Shown piece after piece: positions 1 to 8,530 of a stretch of 64,000 nt of DNA. This stretch comes from Diplonema japonicum. Its lineage: Eukaryota; Protista; Euglenozoa: Diplonemea. The stretch spans positions 1 to 64,000 of the forward strand of contig OZ025686.1 in assembly GCA_964019335.1 (NCBI GenBank). The letters are read 5' to 3'. The stretch's first letter is position 1, and every line of letters starts with the position of its first letter. Made by a program: the position numbers and the translations under genes. The notes under the pieces are model-generated. The model made no database searches, was not told the origin of the DNA, and was given only the letters and a program-made list of their open reading frames with translations.

Positions 1-197
1 AGGAAAAACAAAAAGAAAAAAAAAAAAGGAAAAAAAAAAAAAAAATCTAAGTGGTTCTATCTAGCCTGGCCGTTGTAGCACCTGTTCCCTATTCTTTTAT
101 TTTTCCCTTTTTTTTTTTCTCAGAAAAAAAAAAAAAAAAGTTTCACATCTTCCTATGGCGGGGGGGGGGGAGAACAGCCCCCCACACCCCCGCTGGC

Positions 198-3100
198 CTA
201 TCTGGCCAGCGAGCCTTTGGACCTCTTCTTGTGGGGTATGTGCCCCACCCGTGCCCTCCCCGACTCGAGCTGCAGCCAAGCCACCGCACTGTTCACCGGG
301 GCCCAGTTCTCCTTGTTGCGCACCTTGACCGTGTCCCGCACCAGGTCGTCGCTCCCCAGCTCTTCCATCAACCTGTGCTCCGCCAAGAACTTGAACTGGG
401 GCCCGGTCATCCCCTTGAGCTCACCCCTGCATATGTTGGCTTCGACCACGGTGCCATCCGCCCCCGTACCCTTCAGATAGATGTAGCCACCCTCCACACA
501 ATCCGAGTCAGTACTGGCCGATCGGGCCCGGGCCCGCTTCTTGTCCTTCTTGCTCCACTTCAGCTCTTCCAGGGTGGGGAGGTCCGTGGCAACCACCTCA
601 GGCCGCCTCTCCCTGTCTTCCTCCTTCTTCCGGGCCAACAGCCCAAGGTACCTCTCAAAGGAGACGTCCTCGAACAACCCCGGGACCGTCACCACCGCTG
701 ACTGCAGGTCGACCTCTTCAACACCCATCTTCCGCAGATGGTCCTGGACAGTGCGCCTCGTCTCCTTCTCGCAGGGCCCCCTCCCCTCGTAGACGTCGAG
801 GGTGACCTTCCTTCCATCCCTCACCCACGCCTTCACTTTGATCAGGTCCTTGACCTTTCCCACTGGGGCCCTTATCCTTGCGTCGCACCTCTCCAAGAAC
901 TCACGTAGTGTCACCTTGGTAGCGCCGGCTCCCGCCGCAATGCCCACTACCCCTTCCTTCCCCGGTGTCGGGTGGTGTCTGCACCCCCGGGTCTGCAACT
1001 TGACCACCCTCCATGCCGTTTCCAGAGTCCCCTTGAGCACGCCACCCTTGAAACGAACAGGTTGCACCGCCGAACACCCACACGCATACGTGATCTGGAA
1101 ATCCTGGACCGTCCTCGGGAACTCGAACTCGCGGTATGTTTCCGACTTCTGCACCTCACAACCCACAATGCGGCTGCGGCGCTCTCCGTCCGACCCACCT
1201 TCCAAGCTTGCGAAGTACTGCTTTACCATCATGTATCCAAGTCCAGCGATACCAATCTGGCCAGCCATAGCCACCTCCAGTGGAACACCCAGCGACTCGG
1301 CCTTCGCAAGAAGCATCTCCTCAGTCCTCTCCCTTCCAGGGTCCGTTCCTTCTTCAAGGATGATCTCCACCCGGCCCTCGAACTGGATGATGAACTTGAG
1401 CAGTCGGTCCCCCGGCCTCGCCCTCAGTGGCACCATCGCTCTCGGAATTGGGATGCCCATCACCACATCAATCGGGTCAAGCTGAACGAAGTCCCCCCCT
1501 ACTTCCACCTGCTGTTCCCTTTCCGGTGCCCCGACTCCCATCAGCTGATCTCCCTCCGGCGTCTGGATCCCACCCCTAGGTGTGTCAGGCCCCGACTGGC
1601 TGCCTCCGCTCGGTGCGTTCCCGCCCTCTTTGGTCCCTTCGGGGGCGTCATCCGCCTGCGGCTTCAGAGTCCTCCCACCGCCCTGTCTCTTCGCAGCTTG
1701 TTCCCTACAGAATTCGCTCACGGTCATCTTCCTCGTAGCAGTTGTCGCACTCTGGTCCCCCTTGTTCGAGTCCCTCTGGGCCTCCGTATCCCCCTTAGGA
1801 CACTGGTCCAAGGTCTGGTTCACCGCAGCGTCAGTCGCCCCTTGTCTCTTCCCATCTTCCTGGGCCTTCGGGTCAAGCTCCCCTCCCTGCCCAGCCCTCT
1901 CGCTGGATCCTGTTCCGACCATCTCCGTGTCTTCTCCTCCCGGCGAGGCTGCTTCGAGTCCTGCTCCCGCTTTCCCTTGTGTTCCACCCTCCACCGGTTC
2001 CGCCTTTCGCTGCTGCTGCATTCGGGCGTCCAGGTCCTTCTTCGTCTGCTCCAGAAGGGCATCCAGCTGGTGGGCCACCGTGATTGGGGGTCCGCCTCCC
2101 TGTCCCTTCACTTCCCTCTCGGACGACTCCTCAGCTTCGGTGGTTTTTTCATTGCCGAAGGAGTCCTCTGTGAGGTCAGTGTTGGATTCAGTGTTGGGTT
2201 CGTTGTTCGCTTCCTCGTTGTCCTTTTTTTCCTCTTCGCCGTCCGGTACCGGGGGCCCTGGATCCAACTGTACAGGCCCTTTGACTAACAGCGCCCCTGC
2301 TATCGATCTCATCATGGCCGTTGACACCTCTTGGACCACACGCCTGTGTATCGAGACTCTGTCCCCGTGAGCCCGCGCAGCTATGCTCCTGGACAGTTTC
2401 TTCGTGAGGTAGACTGCTGCCTCCCCGAACCCCCCAAAGGTCTCCATCGCGAAAGGTACAAAGGCCACGCGTGTCTTGGCGAGCTCCGCCTCATACTTCT
2501 GGCGCTTGTAGTGTTCCGCCTTCGCCGCTGCGTATCCCGCAGTCTTCGCCGCCTGGTTGACACAAGACTCGTTCCTCGGGTGCACGATGACCACGTCCAT
2601 AGCCATTGGGCGGGAACCCCCCACCCCACCTGGGAAGAACACGTCCGCCGGGCGCTGGGACGACCCCGGGATCAGCCCCGTCTTCTCCATCGTTGCGCTC
2701 ACCCCGGCCCACTGACAGTGTCTGTGGATGGTCTCCTTCACCCGGTCGTGCCTCGCAATCCTGGCGTTGCCGCATCCCTGGGCATGGTCACCCCATACGT
2801 CCATCCCCTCAGTCTTGCACCTCGGGTCGTGGCAGCTCTCACCCTGCTTGTAGACCGGAGCCCCCAACCACCACTTGATCAGAGCCCCAAACTCGTTGTC
2901 CGACAGCTGGTTGTAGAAGTCAGGCGTCGCCGTCAACCACGCCCCCGCATAGTGCATTGACTCCGACATCAACCTCGCTCTCGAGCGTGCATCTGCTTTC
3001 GCCAAGAGGTCCTCCAGCGCCTTCTCATCAAGCACCCTAGAGAGCCACCTCTGGCTGCAGATGTGGGGGGCCTTGGCCACCATGTCGGGTGTAATCTGCA

Positions 3101-6100
3101 TGCCGCCTTTCGTCCTGTTGAACCACTCGAGCCAGCTCCCCCATACACCCCCTTCCAGCCCATGTTCGTATTTGGGATCCAGCTCCTTGCACAGCTTCAT
3201 CGTCGACGCCCTCGAAGCCATGTTGGCCGCGCGCAGGTGCTCCTGGCAGCTCCTCATCCCAAGCCCACCGACTTTTACGGACAGTTTCGCCTGCTGCCAT
3301 TCTTTCGACCCGCTCTCGAACTGCATGCCGCACACCTTCGACATCGTCTTCCGCACCATCTCGTCGAACCTGTGCATGACCCCTCCCACATGCGAGTCTG
3401 GGACCACTCTCATGTAAAACACCAGTTTGCTGTATGAGCTGCAATACCGGAGAAGTGTGTACCCTGTCTGCCTCCCCACCTTGGTCAGCATGTCGAAGTT
3501 CTCTTCCAGCGCGTCCAAGCGTTTGTTCAGAAAGGCTTGCGTGTACTCCGGCGATCCTATCGGCGCCCCCAGGAGCATGAAGTTCCTCTCTTTGTGGAAA
3601 TTCTCTTCTGTCAGGCCATCGAAGCCTGTGTCCTCCACTGTCTGGGGGAGGTCGCCACTAACCCATATGAGCTCGCACTTCTGGGGTTTCACTTTCAGCC
3701 CTATCATTCCGCTCAGCTCACACAAGATGTTGTACGCCTTTCTCACTTCATCCACATTCCCCACAAGGACGCCATCGTCCAGGTAGAACTGGAGGATGTC
3801 CAGGTTGCAGTCTTCACTTATCTTGTTCACCAGGGGTTGGATGGCCAGAGAGAACAGCAGCGGTCCCATCGGGTCCCCCTGTTGCACCCCTTCCTGGGAC
3901 TTAATCACCTTTCCGTTGTAGTATAATTGGGAGGGCACCCTGTAGCACCAATCGGCCCACGCATACAGCCCCGACGCTTGCTCATAGGCCTGTGAGCACA
4001 GCTGTCTCCGACAAACACTGTTGAAGGCGTTGGCGTAGTCGATCTTGAGGATCACCTTGTTTTCCTGCTTGTTGCCCCGTTCCCTGTCCACATACTGCCT
4101 GATGGTGTGTATAGCCGCCTCCATTCCAGCAGGGACCGATACCCCCACCTGGCCGCCTTTCTTCAGGTACGAAGAGGCCACTTCCGGAGCGATCTTCTTC
4201 ACAAGGGATTTCCCCACCAGCCGACGCAGCACATCCCCAACGGCTATGGGCCGCATGTCCCTGTCGTTCTTCTTGAGGGCCACAAGGTTCGCCCCTGCCA
4301 TCAGCGGAGCCACCTCCCTAGGGGCCGTGCCTCTAGCTAATGCGTTGACTGCCCTCGTCACCGACATCAAACAGCCTTGAGACTCAAAAGCTCCGTCCAC
4401 CGCGTCCTTGATGTGCTGGGCTCTCAGACCAGTCGGTCCCGCAGCAGTCCCCCTCGGGAAGTCCCTGATTGCGTCCAGCACTTCTTCCGGCAAGACTTCT
4501 ACCGCTTCCTTCGTCTTCGCCGGGTTGTCCCATTGGGGGTGTAGTGGCTCTGGATGTTTGCTCTGCAGCGCTCTCCAACAATCCTCATTGTCTTCCGCCA
4601 GCCCCTGGGCTACAAGCGCCGCGTTTCCTGCCGAGAACCTCCCTTTGCTGCACAGTTCCGTGGCCCTGGCGACCTTAGAGACCTCGTCGTTCTTAGGTTC
4701 CCCCTTCTCACCTGATTCCAGCTTATTCCAGAGGGCCATGTAATTTCCCTTCTCCCACTCCTCCAATCTGGCCTGGACACTCAGCTCCGTCTCCTTGTCC
4801 CGCTTCTTCCCTCCCCTCTTCTTCCACAGGCAGGCTTTGGGGAGCATCGCCACCAGCAGCCAAGCCTCCTCTGTGTTGTCCTTCACCGCCCGGCCCAGAG
4901 TGTGCTTAAGGGTAAGCCCCCACAGTCTTTGAAGGCTCGTCGGGATCGACCCCATGGTCGTGACGTTCATGGCGGCTATGGCTTCCAGGCTGGGTAACTC
5001 GGTCCTCGTCGGGGCCGGCGGGGGGGTCGTGTATTCCCCTTCCCTTCGCACCGCCTTTTTGCACTCGTCGTGGCACCCCTGACCCTTCCACACACAGCCC
5101 CTGCACACCAGGCACCTCTCGAGGTCCAGTCTCCTCAGAACGCTCTCCGGGATCTCATCACTCTCCAGGTGCCCATCCAGGTGACACTTCCATACCCTTG
5201 TCGAGTTGAACGGGGTCGTGCTTTTGCACTTCGACCTAGCGCAGTTCGCCACCGGACAGTACAGGAATTGCTGGTTCCTTGCCCCCATCTGGTCCAACAC
5301 CCCTGCCTTCCCGTATCCAGGGATCGCACGGTCTATTATGTCCCACTCCCCGATGTCCTCACCCGGGGCCTCGGAGGGTTGCTTACCTGCCTTTTGTAGA
5401 GCAACCGATTGGGACTCATCAAGGAGCATCATCATCGACTCCTCCTCTCCGACTGCATACTCGTAGTGGTTGCCGTTGTACGCCAGCACCACCACCTTCT
5501 CGTGGTCGGAGTTGTACTCCCCTATCATCAGGACTGGGTTGTTCCCCCCAGCAACCACGAGTATCGTGCGGCCAAACGCTTGTGCTGCGGCTGCCAGGCA
5601 CAAGTGGTCTCCCCACGTCGCCGCTGTGCCCATCCCTTCCAAGTACCGGTCCCAACCCTCGCTGCAAAACGGGGCATAGTGCTCCTCCCGGTGTTTCATC
5701 CATTCTACAACCTCGCTCCTGATGTGGGTGTGGTCCCCGTAGGCTTCCCCGAGCGAACCGGCCAGGGCGTGGAACATGCAGTTCCCGTCCTTCTCCGTCG
5801 ATCTCCTCGTCAGCTTGAAGCTCTTCATGATCTCGTCCACTGACTTGCCGGCCCTGGGTTGTTTGTCGGGGTTCCACAGATTCCGCTGCCTGTGTAGTGC
5901 ACAGTGCGTCTGGTTCGACGAGCACGCCGCAGCACACGTTCCACAGAGGTTCACCTTCATGTTCCTCGCCTGCTCTTGTTTCACAAAATGATGGTGGACC
6001 GCATTGAGGTGTTTAACTAGACAGCTTGCCACACTGGTGCGGAAAGAGCAGCCTTCCATCCGGCATTGATGTTTGTCTGTTCCTTCTTTTTCCCCCTCCT

Positions 6101-6995
6101 TCTGCGCCTCCGTGTGCTCATCATCCAAATCCATGGGGGGAGTGTCACCACCTCCTTGCAACGCGTCCCCTGCCAGCGTCAAGTCCGCAAAGGGGTCCAG
6201 GTGTTCGGCCTGAAAGAGCTTATCCTCCGTCTCAGCTCGTTCCTTCGCCGCTTGCTTGGCGTCCTCCTTCTTTTTTCTGCGTCTTGAGCTTCTAGGCGGG
6301 CCCAAGTACACCGGCAGGTAGTGACCTCTCGATCCGCGTCTTGTCTTCCTCAGCTTTACCGGTCCGAATCTCTGGGTCGGGTCAGCACCAGCTTTCCCCA
6401 CCATCACTTCCGACATGGCCCAGAGCGACATCAGCCCCCCTATCCAAACTGAAGTGCTTCCCACCAGAGTGCCCCCTACTGCTAGCCAAGCGAGCTCCCC
6501 GGCGGACCATTCATCCCCTCGGGGCCCCACCTGTACCCTTGACCTGCGGGTGGTCCTCCTGTCGCTCCCCGGCCTCTTCCACAACACTGCCGCATGCAGG
6601 AAGGAGGGGGCCATCCCGATGCCCGCCCCCAGCACCTGCCTCACCCCTGGGATCAGCAAGAGGGAGACCAGGGCGACCCAGGCCCACGCCCCCAGGTGCT
6701 CCCATCTCACCCCTTCCTTGCTGTGTCCCGTCCGTCTGCGGTGCCTCCTTGTGCCGGTTGCAGCCCCAGGTGCCGGGATTCTGGGTGCCAGGGGTTGGGC
6801 TCCAGGCGTTCCCACCTCGGTCCGCTTCAGCCCCATTGCAGGGTCATCTGGCTTCTGTTCCAGGGCGGCCTCGTGTTCCTCTCTGCGGGCCCTCCTCCTC
6901 CCTTCTTTCCTCGCACGACGGTGCCTTTTCTTCTCCTGTCTGGCAGCCTCCCTCGCCCCCTCCCTCGCCTTGGTCCTCTTCTCCCGACGCCTCTG
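198..6995 (-). CDS. Retrotransposon polyprotein, downstream part: hydrophobic segments, C2H2 fingers, OTU protease, second zinc module, RT, RLE endonuclease, long C-terminal extension
   Basis: ORF 198..7199; the meaningful sequence starts at the duplication junction ~6995. OTU motifs DGNCMFHAL, WG and NHYE lie at 5455-5815. Zinc finger CRMEGC...HLNAVH lies at ~5995-6066. Confidence 0.88.
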   Translation of the reverse strand, partial: QRRREKRTKAREGAREAARQEKKRHRRARKEGRRRARREEHEAALEQKPDDPAMGLKRTEVGTPGAQPLAPRIPAPGAATGTRRHRRRTGHSKEGVRWEHLGAWAWVALVSLLLIPGVRQVLGAGIGMAPSFLHAAVLWKRPGSDRRTTRRSRVQVGPRGDEWSAGELAWLAVGGTLVGSTSVWIGGLMSLWAMSEVMVGKAGADPTQRFGPVKLRKTRRGSRGHYLPVYLGPPRSSRRRKKKEDAKQAAKERAETEDKLFQAEHLDPFADLTLAGDALQGGGDTPPMDLDDEHTEAQKEGEKEGTDKHQCRMEGCSFRTSVASCLVKHLNAVHHHFVKQEQARNMKVNLCGTCAAACSSNQTHCALHRQRNLWNPDKQPRAGKSVDEIMKSFKLTRRSTEKDGNCMFHALAGSLGEAYGDHTHIRSEVVEWMKHREEHYAPFCSEGWDRYLEGMGTAATWGDHLCLAAAAQAFGRTILVVAGGNNPVLMIGEYNSDHEKVVVLAYNGNHYEYAVGEEESMMMLLDESQSVALQKAGKQPSEAPGEDIGEWDIIDRAIPGYGKAGVLDQMGARNQQFLYCPVANCARSKCKSTTPFNSTRVWKCHLDGHLESDEIPESVLRRLDLERCLVCRGCVWKGQGCHDECKKAVRREGEYTTPPPAPTRTELPSLEAIAAMNVTTMGSIPTSLQRLWGLTLKHTLGRAVKDNTEEAWLLVAMLPKACLWKKRGGKKRDKETELSVQARLEEWEKGNYMALWNKLESGEKGEPKNDEVSKVARATELCSKGRFSAGNAALVAQGLAEDNEDCWRALQSKHPEPLHPQWDNPAKTKEAVEVLPEEVLDAIRDFPRGTAAGPTGLRAQHIKDAVDGAFESQGCLMSVTRAVNALARGTAPREVAPLMAGANLVALKKNDRDMRPIAVGDVLRRLVGKSLVKKIAPEVASSYLKKGGQVGVSVPAGMEAAIHTIRQYVDRERGNKQENKVILKIDYANAFNSVCRRQLCSQAYEQASGLYAWADWCYRVPSQLYYNGKVIKSQEGVQQGDPMGPLLFSLAIQPLVNKISEDCNLDILQFYLDDGVLVGNVDEVRKAYNILCELSGMIGLKVKPQKCELIWVSGDLPQTVEDTGFDGLTEENFHKERNFMLLGAPIGSPEYTQAFLNKRLDALEENFDMLTKVGRQTGYTLLRYCSSYSKLVFYMRVVPDSHVGGVMHRFDEMVRKTMSKVCGMQFESGSKEWQQAKLSVKVGGLGMRSCQEHLRAANMASRASTMKLCKELDPKYEHGLEGGVWGSWLEWFNRTKGGMQITPDMVAKAPHICSQRWLSRVLDEKALEDLLAKADARSRARLMSESMHYAGAWLTATPDFYNQLSDNEFGALIKWWLGAPVYKQGESCHDPRCKTEGMDVWGDHAQGCGNARIARHDRVKETIHRHCQWAGVSATMEKTGLIPGSSQRPADVFFPGGVGGSRPMAMDVVIVHPRNESCVNQAAKTAGYAAAKAEHYKRQKYEAELAKTRVAFVPFAMETFGGFGEAAVYLTKKLSRSIAARAHGDRVSIHRRVVQEVSTAMMRSIAGALLVKGPVQLDPGPPVPDGEEEKKDNEEANNEPNTESNTDLTEDSFGNEKTTEAEESSEREVKGQGGGPPITVAHQLDALLEQTKKDLDARMQQQRKAEPVEGGTQGKAGAGLEAASPGGEDTEMVGTGSSERAGQGGELDPKAQEDGKRQGATDAAVNQTLDQCPKGDTEAQRDSNKGDQSATTATRKMTVSEFCREQAAKRQGGGRTLKPQADDAPEGTKEGGNAPSGGSQSGPDTPRGGIQTPEGDQLMGVGAPEREQQVEVGGDFVQLDPIDVVMGIPIPRAMVPLRARPGDRLLKFIIQFEGRVEIILEEGTDPGRERTEEMLLAKAESLGVPLEVAMAGQIGIAGLGYMMVKQYFASLEGGSDGERRSRIVGCEVQKSETYREFEFPRTVQDFQITYACGCSAVQPVRFKGGVLKGTLETAWRVVKLQTRGCRHHPTPGKEGVVGIAAGAGATKVTLREFLERCDARIRAPVGKVKDLIKVKAWVRDGRKVTLDVYEGRGPCEKETRRTVQDHLRKMGVEEVDLQSAVVTVPGLFEDVSFERYLGLLARKKEEDRERRPEVVATDLPTLEELKWSKKDKKRARARSASTDSDCVEGGYIYLKGTGADGTVVEANICRGELKGMTGPQFKFLAEHRLMEELGSDDLVRDTVKVRNKENWAPVNSAVAWLQLESGRARVGHIPHKKRSKGSLAR

Positions 6996-8530
6996 ACTGC
7001 ATACTCGTAGTGGTTGCCGTTGTACGCCAGCACCACCACCTTCTCGTGGTCGGAGTTGTACTCCCCTATCATCAGGACTGGGTTGTTCCCCCCAGCAACC
7101 ACGAGTATCGTGCGGCCAAACGCTTGTGCTGCGGCTGCCAGGCACAAGTGGTCTCCCCACGTCGCTGCCGTGCCCATCCCTTCCAAGTACCGGTCCCAAC
7201 CCTCACTGCAAAACGGGGCATAGTGCTCCTCCCGGTGTTTCATCCATTCTACAACCTCGCTCCTGATGTGGGTGTGGTCACCGTAGGCTTCCCCGAGCGA
7301 ACCGGCCAGGGCGTGGAACATGCAGTTCCCGTCCTTCTCCGTCGATCCCCTCGTCAGCTTGAAGCTCTTCATGATCTCGTCCACTGACTTGCCGGCCCTG
7401 GGTTGTTTGTCGGGGTTCCACAGATTCCGCTGCCTGTGTAGTGCACAGTGCGTCTGGTTCGACGAGCACGCCGCAGCACACGTTCCACAGAGGTTCACCT
7501 TCATGCTCCTCGCCTGCTCTTGTTTCACAAAATGATGGTGGACCGCATTGAGGTGTTTAACTAGACAGCTTGCCACACTGGTGCGGAAAGAGCAGTCTTC
7601 CATCCGGCATTGATGTTTGTCTGATCCTTCTTTTTCCCCCTCCTTCTGCGCCTCCATGTGCTCATCATCCAAATCCATGGGGGGAGGGTCACCACCTCCT
7701 TGCAACGCGTCCCCTGCCAGCGTCAAGTCCGCAAAGGGGTCCAGGTGTTCGGCCTGAAAGAGCTTATCCTCCGTCTCAGCTCGTTCCTTCGCCGCTTGCT
7801 TGGCGTCCACCTTCTTTTTTCTGCGTCTTGAGCTTCTAGGCGGGCCCAAGTACACCGGCAGGTAGTGACCTCTCGATCCGCGTCTTGTCTTCTTCAGCTT
7901 TACCGGTCCGAATCTCTGGGCCGGGCCAGCACCAGCTTTCCCCACCATCACTTCCGACATGGCCCAGAGCGACATCAGCCCCCCTATCCAAACTGAAGTG
8001 CTTCCCACCAGAGTGCCCCCTACTGCTAGCCAAGCGAGCTCCCCGGCGGACCATTCATCCCCTCGGGGCCCCACCTGTACCCTTGACCTGCGGGTGGTCC
8101 TCCTGTCGCTCCCCGGCCTCTTCCACAACACTGCAGCATGCAGGAAGGAGGGGGCCATCCCGATGCCCGCCCCCAGCACCCCTGGGATCAGCAAGAGGGA
8201 GAACAGGGCGACCCAGGCCCACACCCCCAGGTGCTCCCATCTCATCCCTTCCTTGCTGTGTCCCGTCCGTCTGCGGTGCCTCCTTGCACCGGTTGCAGCC
8301 CCAGGTGCCGGGATTCTGGGTGCCAGGGGTTGGGCTCCAGGCGTTCCCACCTCGGTCAGCTTCAGCCCCATTGCAGGGTCATCTGGCTTCTGTTCCAGGG
8401 CGGCCTCGTGTTCCTCTCTGCGGGCCCTCCTCCTCCCTTCTTTCCTCGCACGACGGTGCCTTTTCTTCTCCTGTCTGGCAGCCTCCCTCGCCCCCTCCCT
8501 CGCCTTGGTCCTCTTCTCCCGACGCCTCTG
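5451..8530. repeat. Tandem direct duplication of ~1.54 kb inside the retroelement (5451-6995 and 6995-8530)
   Basis: Near-identical sequence with the junction ctct[ga]ctgc at 6991-7000. The copies differ by 15 amino-acid substitutions and a 9-nt indel. Confidence 0.95.

Noticed and set aside
46-55. tctaagtggt shared with ~11139-11148 as a possible TSD
   Set aside because: The match is only 10 bp and lies ~600 nt from the SL-defined end, so it is likely chance.
6980-7010. Programmed -1 frameshift linking the two retroelement ORFs
   Set aside because: No slippery heptamer is present, and the shift coincides exactly with the duplication junction.
6996-7199. N-terminus of the 2333-aa ORF (MGPVLGRDGH...)
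   Set aside because: It is an out-of-frame reading of the duplicated OTU region, not a real start.
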